DNA from: Terriglobales bacterium
GTDB taxonomy: Bacteria > Acidobacteriota > Terriglobia > Terriglobales > Acidobacteriaceae
NCBI GenBank assembly: GCA_963701805.1
Contig: CAVPBA010000002.1
Span: forward strand, 2,571,801 to 2,635,800
DNA length: 64,000 bases
Direction: 5' to 3'
Within the stretch, counting starts at the first letter, position 1; every line of letters starts with the position of its first letter. Below are positions 28,839 to 39,285 of this stretch, one piece after another. The notes below the pieces were generated by a model. That model was not told the DNA's origin. It saw only the letters and a list, made by a program, of their open reading frames with translations, and searched no databases. Both the position numbers and the translations under genes were made by a program.

Positions 28839-29844
28839 ATGAAAACCCATCGGATTGTCCCGGCTTGTATAGCCGGCATGGCCCTCCTCGTCGAAGCGAT
28901 GGCCATTCCTTCGCCTGCGCAATCCGCGCCCAAGCGCAAGCCTCGTATCGCAGTTATGGATTTTGATTACGGAGCGGTCAGAAACTGCGGCGCAGACATG
29001 GTTTGGCGCGGATGTCGACCTCGGCAAAGGTATCCAGCAGATGCTGGTCACCGACCTGGTCAAAGACGGCAGCTACTCCGTCATTGAGCGCGCGGTGATG
29101 GACAAGATTCTCGCCGAGCAGAACTTCTCCAACTCCAACCGCGCCGACCCCAATAGCGCCGCGAAAATCGGCAAGCTGCTCGGGGTGGACGCGATCATCG
29201 TCGGCACCATCACTGAGTTTGGCAATGAGACCAAGAGCCAGGGGCTTGGCGGCGGAGGAGGAAGCGGCTGGACCGGCGCTCTGGGCGGCTTGCATCACTC
29301 CAAGTCCAACGCCAACGTCGTCATCAACGCCCGCGTCGTCAACATTGATACCGCCGAAATCCTGGGCGTGGCCGAAGGCGCCGGTACCTCGTCCCGTTCC
29401 AGCACCGGCATCGGTGGCGGGGGTGGCACCTGGAATGGCCACGGCGGCGGCGCCGTCGACTTCGGCTCCAGTAACTTCCAGAACACCATCATCGGCGAAG
29501 CCACCAAGAACGCTGTCGAGAAGCTCGCGACCGAACTCGTACCCACGGCGGCCAAGATCACGACCCACACCACCTCCGTCGAAGGAACGGTGGCCGCCGT
29601 GGAAGGAAACCAGATCGTCCTGAATGTGGGCGGCAAGGTTGGGGTGAAGGTGGGCGACCAGTTCAACGTCGAACGGGTGACCAAGGAGATCAAGGATCCG
29701 GCCACGGGAGCCGTTTTGCGCAAGCTGGCGACCACCGTGGGTGTGGTGAAAGCCACTGACGTGGACGATGTTTCCGCCGTTTGCGAACCAGTCTCCGGCT
29801 CCGGCTTCAAGATCGGCGACAAGGTGAAAACCGTCGCGCAGTAG
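28839..29844 (+). CDS. CsgG/HfaB-family exported protein with C-terminal beta domain; frameshift near 28983
   Basis: KPRIAVMDFDY (frame 1) then GKGIQQMLVTDLV...VIERAVMDKILAEQ...AAKIGKLLGVDAIIVG. Confidence 0.8.
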
Positions 29845-29879
29845 TTCCCGCCGACAAGGCCCCCCAGGGGCCGCGACAG

Positions 29880-29918
29880 CAAAACGCCCTTCGCGATCGC
29901 GCGCAGGGCGTTTCCTTT
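29880..29918. terminator. Bidirectional terminator
   Basis: aaaacgccct-tcgcg-at-cgcgcgc-agggcgtttc between convergent genes. Confidence 0.6.
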
Positions 29919-29935
29919 GTCTGCGTCAGATCCCG

Positions 29936-31600
29936 CTATCTGCCCAGAAATTTCTCCAGCAGCGCGGCCTCATTGTCGGCTCGGTTCATGTACTCGTTGG
30001 CGGTGTCCAGGTCTCTCTCCGCAAGGGCCTTGTGCGCCTCATCGAGCTGATGATGCAACCGGTTCATCGCGGCCATGATATCTCCGCGAAGGTCCAGTCC
30101 TTGCGCGCGCTGCTGGCTCCGTATCTGCTCCACGCCTGCCAGGGCGGCGTCGGCGCGGGCTTCGATGTTGGCATACCGGTCATGTGCCTCGCGAACCTCC
30201 CGTTGAGAGGGTCCTACTGGCGCTGGCGGCACAGGGGCTGAACCAGTTTCAGACGAACTCGTACTGACGGCCGCCGATGATGCAGGCGAAACGTACGGCT
30301 CCCGCGGCTTTTTGCCCTCCGGCGGCGCAGAGGGCGCCTTCGCAGTGTGCGTGAGCGCACCGGCTGGAGAAGGCTTGGGCTGGGCCGCGGAGCCTGCCGG
30401 CGGCGCAGGGGGTTGTTTGTCGGGGGCCGGATTCTGCGTCTCCGCCGGGCTCGCCGGCGCCGGAACACTGGCTGGCGACGTTGTTTCGGTCGCCGCCGCC
30501 GCCGGCTTCTGGCTGGCATTGGTTGAGAAAATGCGCGGCAGCACGGCCGCGATCGCAATCAAGGCCAGGATCGCGGTCGCCGCGCCCAGCCCGATCCAAA
30601 GCCCGCGATGACTCCTGGTCGCGCTCGGAGGAGGGCCCGGAGGAAGCGGCACCGGCACAAACGCGGGCGGTTGCGGTGTTGTGTACTGGGGGGTGGGCGG
30701 TGTCGCCGGCATCCACGCCTCAGACCGAGGCCCGGCCGCAGGAGCCGGAGTCTCCGCCGAGGGCACAGGCGCGGGCGTCGCATGCACCTCGCGCTGCGCC
30801 TTCAGCGCGCTGCGAAATTCTTCCGCCGTCTGGAAGCGCTGTTCGGGGAGCTTCGCCATCGCCCGCAGCACGATGGCGTTCAACTGCGGCGAAATGGACG
30901 GATCGAGTTCCGCCGGGGGGGTGGGCGCCTCGTTCATATGCGCGTTCAGAATGCTGTACGATGTGTCCGCCTGGAAAGGCTTGCGTCCGGTCAGCATTTC
31001 ATACAGTGTCACGCCGAAGGAATAGAGGTCCGAGCGCGCGTCCACGGTGCCGCCGCGCACCTGTTCGGGAGACATGTAGTACACGGAGCCCATAGTGGTT
31101 CCGGGACGCGTAAGCTGCATGTCGTCGGTGGACTTCGCGATGCCGAAATCCATCAGCTTGACAAGCCCGTGGGTGGTGATCATGATGTTGGCCGGCTTGA
31201 TGTCGCGATGGGTGACACCGCGCCCGTGCGCATAGCTCAGGGCAGCCAGAACCTGTGTGGAGTAGTCCAGGATGTGATCGATGGGGATCCGGGTCTGGGC
31301 GGCAAGCTTCTCGAGCGTGGTGCCCTCCACATACTCCATCACCATCACAAACTGATTGTTGTATTGAAACGCGGTACGCAACTGCGCGATCCCCGGATGT
31401 TCGAGCCCCGCCAGGGTGCGGATCTCCGCCATGAACCGCGCCGCCAGTTCGGGATCGGAAGCGAAGTCGGGGAGCAGGATCTTCATCGCTTCTTCGCGAT
31501 TGGAGATCACGTTGCGCACTTTGTAGACGCGGCCCATGCCGCCCGCGCCGAGAGGCGCCAGGACTTCATAGTCCCCGACGCGCTGACCTGTGTCTGCCAT
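29936..31600 (-). CDS. Hanks-type Ser/Thr protein kinase with TM and Pro-rich extracytoplasmic region
   Basis: LGAGGMGRVY, AMK, HRDIKPANI, DFG, YMSPEQ, DLYSFG. Confidence 0.95.
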   Translation of the reverse strand: MADTGQRVGDYEVLAPLGAGGMGRVYKVRNVISNREEAMKILLPDFASDPELAARFMAEIRTLAGLEHPGIAQLRTAFQYNNQFVMVMEYVEGTTLEKLAAQTRIPIDHILDYSTQVLAALSYAHGRGVTHRDIKPANIMITTHGLVKLMDFGIAKSTDDMQLTRPGTTMGSVYYMSPEQVRGGTVDARSDLYSFGVTLYEMLTGRKPFQADTSYSILNAHMNEAPTPPAELDPSISPQLNAIVLRAMAKLPEQRFQTAEEFRSALKAQREVHATPAPVPSAETPAPAAGPRSEAWMPATPPTPQYTTPQPPAFVPVPLPPGPPPSATRSHRGLWIGLGAATAILALIAIAAVLPRIFSTNASQKPAAAATETTSPASVPAPASPAETQNPAPDKQPPAPPAGSAAQPKPSPAGALTHTAKAPSAPPEGKKPREPYVSPASSAAVSTSSSETGSAPVPPAPVGPSQREVREAHDRYANIEARADAALAGVEQIRSQQRAQGLDLRGDIMAAMNRLHHQLDEAHKALAERDLDTANEYMNRADNEAALLEKFLGR

Positions 31601-31934
31601 AGAGTCCTCCCGAAAATGAGTGGCCTGCCGGGGAAGAACGAGCCGTGCCGCCGGAACGACCCGAGTCTACGCTATTCCGAGGCGGACCGCCCATAGAAAT
31701 TGCGATTCCGTCGCTTGGCTTCCGGCTCGTTGAGTTGAGGCCTGGCGTTCTTCCCAGCGTGTACATGAAACATAGTGCCGGGGATGCGACGAGCGTTGCT
31801 GCCTCGTGTCCAGGGACACCTTCGCCGCTGTTCAGCGCAAATCTTCTTGCTAATCGACGCGCTTCCGGTTGATCATGCGAGTGTTCCTCCCTCGTCCGCT
31901 TCGTTGCGACTTTCCGCTGTAAGGAGAGACTGTC

Positions 31935-32732
31935 ATGCGCAAATCAATCTTTGCGGCGTTATGCCTGCTGGTGGCTCCCGTACTGTTCGCTCAACAGATG
32001 CTGAATAACGACACCGTGATCAAAATGGTGAAGGCCGGGCTGTCAGATGACGTGGTCATCACCACCATCAACGCGTCGCCTGGACACTACGACACTTCTG
32101 CTGACGGTCTGATCGCTCTCAAATCCGGCGGAGCGAGCGACAAGATCATTTCCGCGATCATGGCCCGGGCGTCGAGCGGATCGCCGGCGCCCGCGCCAGC
32201 CGGGTCGTCAGTCACTCCGGCGGCCACTGCCTCGGGTCGCCCGCCGGGCATCGACGATATCGGGGCCTATTACCGAGATAAGAGCGGCGCATGGACTCCC
32301 ATGATGCCGGAGATCGTCAATTTCAAAACCGGGGGCGTCGTGAAATCCATCGCCACAGTGGGCATTGTGAAAGGGGATATCAACGGTCACATCCAGGGCT
32401 CCAAGGCAAGGCTAGGCCTGACATTTCCCGTCGTGCTGGCAGTCTACGTGCCCGAGGGAGTGGCCATTACGGAGTACCAGCTGCTTCATCTTCACCCCAA
32501 CTCAGGCGCCCGCGAGTTCCGCTCTGTTACAGGCGGGGTATTGCACGTCTCCGGCGGCGCTGTTCGGGATTTGATCGAATTCCAGAGCGAAAAGCTGGCG
32601 CCACGTGTCTTTCAGATCACCCTCCAATCCTCCATGGGCAGGGGTGAATTCGGGCTCCTGCCGCCAGGCTCATACGGCAGTTCCAACATGAGCAGCAGCG
32701 GAAAGATCTACGCCGTCAGTGTCTCAGAATAG
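31935..32732 (+). CDS. Exported hypothetical protein
   Basis: SD aaggag; signal peptide; LNNDTVIKMVKAGLSDDVVI N-domain. Confidence 0.75.
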   Translation: MRKSIFAALCLLVAPVLFAQQMLNNDTVIKMVKAGLSDDVVITTINASPGHYDTSADGLIALKSGGASDKIISAIMARASSGSPAPAPAGSSVTPAATASGRPPGIDDIGAYYRDKSGAWTPMMPEIVNFKTGGVVKSIATVGIVKGDINGHIQGSKARLGLTFPVVLAVYVPEGVAITEYQLLHLHPNSGAREFRSVTGGVLHVSGGAVRDLIEFQSEKLAPRVFQITLQSSMGRGEFGLLPPGSYGSSNMSSSGKIYAVSVSE

Positions 32733-32814
32733 ACAACGCGCTTCGGGACTCCGGGGCTGTGACGGGTGGCCAAGATGTTACGGTTATTCCTGACGGTCGA
32801 ATTGACCGGACGGA

Positions 32815-33837
32815 ATGAAAAAGCGCACCCGCAGAACGCTTCTGGTTGTGGCAGCCGTGGTGGTCCTGCTGGCGCTGGCTATTTTCCTGCGCTCCAAGGC
32901 CCCGCCCGAAGCCGCTCGCCTTTTGCCCGAGTCGGACGGCATCATCTACCTGAACCTCAAGCCGGTTCGCACCTTCTTCAAGGCCAACCTCAAGCCGCCG
33001 CACCGCGTGCCGGAGTACGAGCAGTTTGTCGAAGCCACGGGCGTCGACTGGGAACGCGACCTCGACCAGGCCGCCATCGCTCTCCACCGCATGCCGGAGC
33101 CGAACGGCCCCAACGGCCCTGTGGCCTACACCATGGTTCTGGTGGGCAAGCTGACCGGCGCCAGGTTGAATCAGTGGCTTGACGCGCACGCGGTTTCCCG
33201 CGAAAGCTACGCCGGCCACACCATTTACAACGTGCCTTCCGAAGACCGCACGGTCCGGGTCGCCCAGGTGGGCTACGACATGATCGCGGTGTCGAATTTT
33301 CCCACTCCGGAGAAAATCCACTCCATCCTCGATCGCCATCGCACCGCGGCTCTGCCCTTTGCCGGTTCAACCCTGCTCTCGCAGCACTTTCACGATGTGC
33401 CGCTCCTGTCGCTGGCGTGGGGCGTGGGTGAAATCGGCCTCCCTTTCAACGAGAACGGCGCCATCCAGATCTTCGGGTTTCGGTTGCCGCTTCAGGCCGA
33501 CTCCACCATCGTGGCCAGCCTGAGCCCCGAACTGAGCCTGGCCGGCGTCCTGAGGTTGCGAGTGGAAGAGATCGCTCCCACCGACGATGCGGCTGCCCAC
33601 CAGGCCGCGTCGCTGGCCACTCTGCTGATCCTGGCCCGCGGATTCACTCAGCCGCTTACCGACAATGCGGCCAACAACGGACTGAAGCAGATGCTGAAAA
33701 CAGCCGCCGTCGATCGCAGGCGCAACCGGGTTCTGCTCACCGCCACAGTGCCGGTTTCGATGTTTACCAGCCTCAGTTCGAGCGAGAATTCAGCCGCGCC
33801 GACTGAACCTCCGCCTGCCTCCAATGCATCGAAATAG
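32815..33837 (+). CDS. Membrane-anchored hypothetical protein
   Basis: N-terminal basic+TM segment; 340 aa ORF with typical codon usage. Confidence 0.75.
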   Translation: MKKRTRRTLLVVAAVVVLLALAIFLRSKAPPEAARLLPESDGIIYLNLKPVRTFFKANLKPPHRVPEYEQFVEATGVDWERDLDQAAIALHRMPEPNGPNGPVAYTMVLVGKLTGARLNQWLDAHAVSRESYAGHTIYNVPSEDRTVRVAQVGYDMIAVSNFPTPEKIHSILDRHRTAALPFAGSTLLSQHFHDVPLLSLAWGVGEIGLPFNENGAIQIFGFRLPLQADSTIVASLSPELSLAGVLRLRVEEIAPTDDAAAHQAASLATLLILARGFTQPLTDNAANNGLKQMLKTAAVDRRRNRVLLTATVPVSMFTSLSSSENSAAPTEPPPASNASK

Positions 33838-33924
33838 ACAGAGCGGGCTTACCGGTACCCCCTGTATTTTCGATAGTTTGCGCACACTCTAACGCGGCCC
33901 GACCAGTCCCCCCAACGAGGTCCT

Positions 33925-35241
33925 ATGCATCGTTTTCTCAAAGCTTCCGCCCTGTCCGTTGTGTTTTTTTCAGTGATGGCTGCGCTAGCGGCCGATGGCA
34001 AGCCCACCGTGCTCACCGGTCAGGCCGCCTTTACCGACGCGGCCCATGAGTCGCCCGGAGTGCGCCGCCACCTGACCGTGGCCGATCTTCCGACGCCCGC
34101 GCCCGATCAATCAGTCGATAACGGCCCCGCGGTTGTTCCGCGTCCAGCGAATGCCTGGCCGCAGGCGCCCAAGGGCTTCAAAGTGGACCTGTATGCTACC
34201 GGCCTCGACAACCCGCGCCTGCTCCGGACCGCGCCCAACGGCGACATCTTCCTGGCCGAGAGCGAGACAGGGAAGATCCGGGTGTTTCGCGGCGTCGGTG
34301 CCGACGGGAAGCCCAAAGAGACCTCCGTGTTTGCCGATGGCCTGCACCAGCCGTTCGGAATCGCTTTTTATCCCCCCGGGCCTGATCCCAAGTACATCTA
34401 CATCGGTGACACCGATCAGATCGTCCGCTTTCCCTACAAGAACGGCGATATGAAAGCCGGCGGGAGGATGGAGAACCTCACCGAGTTGCCGGGCGGCGGG
34501 CGGCTGCGCGGCGGCGGCCATTGGACCCGCGACCTGATCTTTTCGAAAGATGGGGCGCGGCTGTTCGCGTCGGTGGGGTCGCACTCCAATGTCGATGACT
34601 CCGATACCCACCCCGAGGAATTTCACCGCGCCGACGTACTCGAGTTCGAGCCCACCGGCAAGTTCGTCAAGGTTTATGCGTACGGGTTGCGCAACTGCGT
34701 CGGCGAAGCCATCAACCCCATCACCAACGAACTGTGGTGCTCCACCAACGAGCGCGATGCGCTGGGCAACAACCTCGTCCCCGACTACGTGACCCATGTG
34801 CAGGAGGGCGGCTTCTACGGCTGGCCGTGGTACTACATGGGCACAAACGGCGGAGTGCAGGATCCGCGTCACCAGGGCAAACACCCCGAACTGCAATCCA
34901 AAGTGATCACCCCCGACATTCTCGTCAACCCGCACTTCGCGTCGCTCGAACTGCTGTTTTACGGCGGCGCGCAGTTTCCCGCGGAGTTCAAGGGCGACGG
35001 GTTTGCCTGCGAACACGGCTCATGGAACCGGGCCCAGCGGTCGGGCTACGAAGTGATCCGCCTGCCCATGAAGGACGGCCACGCTACCGGCGAGTATGAG
35101 GACTTCCTCACCGGATTCACGGTCGGCAACGGCGACGTATGGGGCCGGCCCGTAGGCGTTACGGAAGCGAAGGATGGGTCGCTGTTTGTGTCCGATGACG
35201 GGTCGAAGTCCATCTGGCATGTGAGCTACGCCGGGAAGTAG
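33925..35241 (+). CDS. Sorbosone/PQQ-dependent sugar dehydrogenase family protein
   Basis: GHWTR, SVGSHSN, GLRN, NERD.LG, YGWP, HGSWNR, GRPVGV, VSDDG. Confidence 0.88.
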   Translation: MHRFLKASALSVVFFSVMAALAADGKPTVLTGQAAFTDAAHESPGVRRHLTVADLPTPAPDQSVDNGPAVVPRPANAWPQAPKGFKVDLYATGLDNPRLLRTAPNGDIFLAESETGKIRVFRGVGADGKPKETSVFADGLHQPFGIAFYPPGPDPKYIYIGDTDQIVRFPYKNGDMKAGGRMENLTELPGGGRLRGGGHWTRDLIFSKDGARLFASVGSHSNVDDSDTHPEEFHRADVLEFEPTGKFVKVYAYGLRNCVGEAINPITNELWCSTNERDALGNNLVPDYVTHVQEGGFYGWPWYYMGTNGGVQDPRHQGKHPELQSKVITPDILVNPHFASLELLFYGGAQFPAEFKGDGFACEHGSWNRAQRSGYEVIRLPMKDGHATGEYEDFLTGFTVGNGDVWGRPVGVTEAKDGSLFVSDDGSKSIWHVSYAGK

Positions 35242-35440
35242 AAGAAGTCGAAAGATCTGCAGTTGTTTCTGGAAAGACGCCTGTGCGGCTGGGAATGCAA
35301 TCAACAATTGGTACGTGAATCCCTGAGCGGAGGGGTTAAGATTCGTTGTGCCACGCCTCCGGAACTTTCGGCGCCAATTGCCCGTATCGATTACCGGCAG
35401 GCACTCCTCAAGAGATTAGCGCCACAGAAAGGCGGCGCGC

Positions 35441-35944
35441 GTGTCCCGATCCCAGGCCCGGCTCGCAGGCGTCTTTTATCTGCTTACCATCATTGTCGGT
35501 GTGTTCGCAGCCTTCGTTCCGTCCAGACCGCTGAGTGAGGCCGGCAATCTGATCGGCACGGCCTTCTACGTCATCGTCACAGCTCTTCTATACCTGATCC
35601 TGAAGCCCGTGAACCCGGCGCTTTCGCTGATTGCCGGCCTGATCAGCCTTGCCGGTTGCACCGTGGGCGCTCTCGAAGCGCTGCATCGCTCGCCTTTCTC
35701 ATTCAACGGCATCGTGATTTTCGGCTTCTATTGCCTGCTGCTCGGTTACCTCATTTTTCGCTCGCGCTTTCTCCCGCGCTGGCTCGGCCCTCTCGTCGCC
35801 CTGGCCGGTGTCGGCTGGCTCACCTTCCTTTGGCCGTCATTCGCCAAGCATCTTGGGCTCGTTCCTATGATCACAGGGCTTCTCGGCGAGGGTTCGCTGA
35901 CCGTCTGTCTGCTCGCAAACCGCACCGGGGCGCAGCCGGTTTAG
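35441..35944 (+). CDS. DUF4386-like membrane protein
   Basis: ARLAGVFYLL...LKPVN...FLPRWLG; multiple TMs; GTG start. Confidence 0.7.
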   Translation: MSRSQARLAGVFYLLTIIVGVFAAFVPSRPLSEAGNLIGTAFYVIVTALLYLILKPVNPALSLIAGLISLAGCTVGALEALHRSPFSFNGIVIFGFYCLLLGYLIFRSRFLPRWLGPLVALAGVGWLTFLWPSFAKHLGLVPMITGLLGEGSLTVCLLANRTGAQPV

Positions 35945-35980
35945 AACGAATTTCCAACAGCGTGAACCAGGCGGCCGATG

Positions 35981-36355
35981 CTATTGATCCTTTCGCAGCG
36001 ACCCCTGAAGTTCGAGAATCTGAAGCTGCACCTGCTTGATTTCCTTGAGAGTGGCGACCTGGCTGTCATAGACCTTGTATTGCACCGCGTAGATCGCACC
36101 CACGAAGTACAGGAGGGCGCTGCCGAATTGAAAGCTATGCGCCGCCAATGGGCCCAGGCGTCCAGGGTAAATGCTCCACCAGAACAGCAAGACAGCGAGG
36201 AAGACGAACGTGTTTGCCGTGAATTTATCCCAGCGAAGCGCTCGCGCGTGCTTGGCCAGAAGCGTAGCGGTCTCTTCACGATAGGTAGCAAGGTTCTCCG
36301 GCTGCGGCAGAGTCGCGAGCAGCCGTTCGCGCAGGTCATTCGATTGCTGTGCGAT
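35981..36355 (-). CDS. Putative anti-sigma membrane protein (124 aa) with apparent ATC start
   Basis: Frame open from ATC at 36355 (SD GAAGGAG 6 nt upstream): IAQQSNDLRERLL...two TMs...LKEIKQVQLQILEL; overlaps ECF stop. Confidence 0.6.
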   Translation of the reverse strand: MAQQSNDLRERLLATLPQPENLATYREETATLLAKHARALRWDKFTANTFVFLAVLLFWWSIYPGRLGPLAAHSFQFGSALLYFVGAIYAVQYKVYDSQVATLKEIKQVQLQILELQGSLRKDQ

Positions 36356-36902
36356 GTTTCACTCCTTCGAGAATTTGTTTCATTTGCCGTTTGGCATAGT
36401 GAATGCGGGATTTGACGGTGCCCTCGGAGCAGCCGACGACGTTGGCGATTTCCAGGATGGAGAGGTCCTGAAGAAAATGCAGAACAAGAACTTCGCGGTG
36501 TTTAACCCCGAGGCGGCTTAATGCATTGCGAATAGCGGTTGCATCTTCTTCGTCGAATGAGGGCTCTTCGATGTCGAGTAAGCCCTCATGTTGCGTCTGC
36601 TCGGCCTTGTCGCGTTTGTAGTCCCGCCGGACGCGATCGACTGCAACACCATGAGTGATCGCGTAAAGCCAGGGTTTTAGAGAGCCGGGGTCTTTCAGGC
36701 TTCGAATGCCGCGAACCACCTTGAGCCAGACATCCTGCAGGACATCGAGCCCCGCATCCTGGTTCCCGGTAAGGCTCGTTGCGTAATAAAGCAGCGGCCT
36801 CTCCATGACTGCGATCAGGTCTGCGAATGCTTCCGGATCGCCCGACGGACAGCGTAGCGCAAGCCAGTCGAACTGGATCCGGTCGTTGCCCTCGTTGGCC
36901 AT
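36336..36902 (-). CDS. ECF RNA polymerase sigma factor
   Basis: DVLQDVWLK, KPWLYAI, LSILEIANVVGCSEGTVKSRIH. Confidence 0.92.
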   Translation of the reverse strand: MANEGNDRIQFDWLALRCPSGDPEAFADLIAVMERPLLYYATSLTGNQDAGLDVLQDVWLKVVRGIRSLKDPGSLKPWLYAITHGVAVDRVRRDYKRDKAEQTQHEGLLDIEEPSFDEEDATAIRNALSRLGVKHREVLVLHFLQDLSILEIANVVGCSEGTVKSRIHYAKRQMKQILEGVKHRTAIE

Positions 36903-37129
36903 GTGTCGAATATGTCGATCCAGAGTCGCTCGTGGTTCAATTTCCGGTCAGAAATCTTTTGAGCAGGTTAAGGTAATTTGCCCGGAACCAAAAATTGCGA
37001 CCTGCTGGCGGACGAGTGCCTCGGCGATTATGCGTGAAGCCAGAATCCATCCCGGCTGCGTGGGCGTTTCTGAGGAGTTATTTGCCAGAACTTAATATAG
37101 GTGAGCGATAAGCGGCAAAAACACGCGTC

Positions 37130-37576
37130 ATGCTAGCTACACTCAAAAACATGGAATCGGTACGCTTGGCTGGTGAACAGCTCCTTCACGCACTCAGTCT
37201 CCATGACTGGAACGGAATTCGCCGTGTATGCCGCCCCGATTACATCCACCATGCGCCGGACGTCCCCGAGGCCAGGCTTGAAAAGTACGTAACAACGCTG
37301 CAGCTTGTGGTAGCGGCTGTGCCCGACATGAGCATCGAGATCCATCAGATCGTCGTTAACGAGGAGTATGCGACCCTGCGATACACCGCTCACGGCACAC
37401 ATCTCCACGACTTTCACGGAATTCCGCCCTCGGGTGCCCCGATCGTGATGCCGGCTCCTGGACTGGTCCGGGCCAAGGACGGCCTCCTCGCGGAGGGCTG
37501 GTATGTCTTCGACTGTGGCATGCTCATCATGCAATCTCCCATCGGAAAGGCGTTTTCCACGAAGAAGGAAGGATAA
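37130..37576 (+). CDS. SnoaL-like ester cyclase
   Basis: AVPDM...RYTAHGTHLHDFHGIPPSG. Confidence 0.75.
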   Translation: MLATLKNMESVRLAGEQLLHALSLHDWNGIRRVCRPDYIHHAPDVPEARLEKYVTTLQLVVAAVPDMSIEIHQIVVNEEYATLRYTAHGTHLHDFHGIPPSGAPIVMPAPGLVRAKDGLLAEGWYVFDCGMLIMQSPIGKAFSTKKEG

Positions 37577-37582
37577 GATCAC

Positions 37583-38785
37583 TTGTTCACGGATATTCAT
37601 TCCCTTGCGTCCAACCTCGTCGTCATCGAGGGACGTCATCCCACGCTTTTATGGGAGGCGTGTGATGTGCCCTCCATCGTCGTGTATCGGGCCGGCAAAA
37701 CCCTGTACGTCCTCGATACCGGCGTAGGACCGGAGCAGCGGACGGTGCTTGAAGCCCAGATCGCCTCTCTCGGAAAGGGAGCTGAAGAAATTGTGCTGGT
37801 CAACAGCCATGGGCACTTCGATCACCTCGGCAATAACGATCTCGTCGGGCGCGCCGCGATTCCTCGCAAGCGTCATCTCATCTCAAAGGAGTCCGCTCCC
37901 GATTCAGATATTCGCGCGGAGTTGTTTGAGATGTATGGTCGGGGCAAAGACTACTTCAGCTACATTGACGGTCTGCCTCTGCCGGCGGACAAGATCAGCG
38001 GCTTGCTCATGGCGCTCGGCGCGCCTTCGATCCCTCCGGCAACGCTGGAAGAGCTTGGCGGAAAATTGCGCGAGTCCGGTGTTTTGCCAGCTCTGAATAA
38101 TTTCGTGCCTTCGATCGTGGTCGATGTGTTGATGGCGACCTATCCAGCGGTGTTTCCGTCGCTCGAGACAATGACGTTTCTCGAAGATATCTCCGCTCCG
38201 GGTCCGATGGAGATCGCAGGCGCACAGTGGAGCGGGTGGAGCCTCGGCGACGAATCCCCCGAGGTCTATGTCCTCTGCTCGGGTGGCCACTCCAGGGGCG
38301 GTGTGGTCTTCTACATCCCGGAACACAAGTTCCTGATGCTCGCCGACGAAACTACGTCTGTGCCGATCTGGCCGGATACCGATCCACGCCGCGTCATCAG
38401 CACGGTTAAAAAAGCGCTCACCATGTTGGAGAACGGCGGCCTGGAGTGGCTGTGCGCGGGCCACTTTCCCATGGTTCCATCAAACGACCCGAAAGAGCTG
38501 CAAGCCTCGCTGCAGCGTATTCTTGGCCAGTCCGGGCAGTTTTCGGAGACAGTCGAGAAGGAGGTCGCTGCGCATCCAGAGGGGCTTACCGTCGACGAGT
38601 TGTATGAGGCGCTGCGCAAGAACGTCCCGTCCACTTCTTACGTGACCTTTCTGACTGCCTATCAGTTTCCGGTCTTCTCCACATTCATGAAGCTTACCCT
38701 GCTGAACCATCTGCTGCTATACAACTTTCCATCACGGAAGGACCCCCAGGGTCATATTCAATTTCTTCCGCTCGTTCCCCAGTAA
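37583..38785 (+). CDS. MBL-fold metallo-hydrolase
   Basis: LDTG, NSHGHFDHLGNN, GHS, LADE, AGH; TTG start with aaggaagga SD. Confidence 0.82.
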   Translation: MFTDIHSLASNLVVIEGRHPTLLWEACDVPSIVVYRAGKTLYVLDTGVGPEQRTVLEAQIASLGKGAEEIVLVNSHGHFDHLGNNDLVGRAAIPRKRHLISKESAPDSDIRAELFEMYGRGKDYFSYIDGLPLPADKISGLLMALGAPSIPPATLEELGGKLRESGVLPALNNFVPSIVVDVLMATYPAVFPSLETMTFLEDISAPGPMEIAGAQWSGWSLGDESPEVYVLCSGGHSRGGVVFYIPEHKFLMLADETTSVPIWPDTDPRRVISTVKKALTMLENGGLEWLCAGHFPMVPSNDPKELQASLQRILGQSGQFSETVEKEVAAHPEGLTVDELYEALRKNVPSTSYVTFLTAYQFPVFSTFMKLTLLNHLLLYNFPSRKDPQGHIQFLPLVPQ

Positions 38786-38845
38786 GCCGCCACGGGCAAC
38801 AACCCGAAAATTTTTGCTCAGCCCCGAAATTTCTCTTTCATATGT

Positions 38846-39216
38846 CCGGCCCGCGTTTCTCTCCCGCGGCCCGCGTCGTCGTGATCGCGCAAAAAACAAC
38901 GCGCGCTTTTGCATCTTAATTTCTACCGGTTTTGCCACAATAGAGGTGGAAGAGAGGATCGAAATGAGCCCTCGGGCAGAACCCAGAGCACCGAAAGCAA
39001 TTCGGTTTCGTTCTGAACGCTTTTGGAACCCAAAAACGGCCCTTCTGGACCGTTTACATTTGCAGGATTTTTCCGATATTTGCTTTATCTTCAGTTGCTT
39101 GCAGACGATGAGCGGGGTCGGAATGGGTACCCCTCCCCGGTAGCCCTGTAAAACTGTAAATCCTTCCCATCGAGCAAGCCACGACTCAAGCCTTCGAAGC
39201 TTGTGAGAGATCCAGG
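38846..39216 (+). repeat. ~370-bp dispersed non-coding element, copy 1
   Basis: Aligns by eye with the reverse complement of 62391-62790. Confidence 0.85.
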
Positions 39217-39285
39217 TGAACTCTCGGGCCGCGCGCGAAGCGGTGTATGTAAAACGCCTTTGGTGTCTGACAGTAACCTGCGGCG

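Noticed and set aside
35941-36339. 132-aa ORF as the anti-sigma
   Set aside because: Atypical composition; the alternative frame ending at 35981 gives TMs and a coiled coil
38814-39143. ORFs 38814-39143 and 62503-62733 as a protein family (shared ATIEVE, FRSE.F.NP)
   Set aside because: Intervening segments are in different frames, so the similarity reflects the DNA repeat
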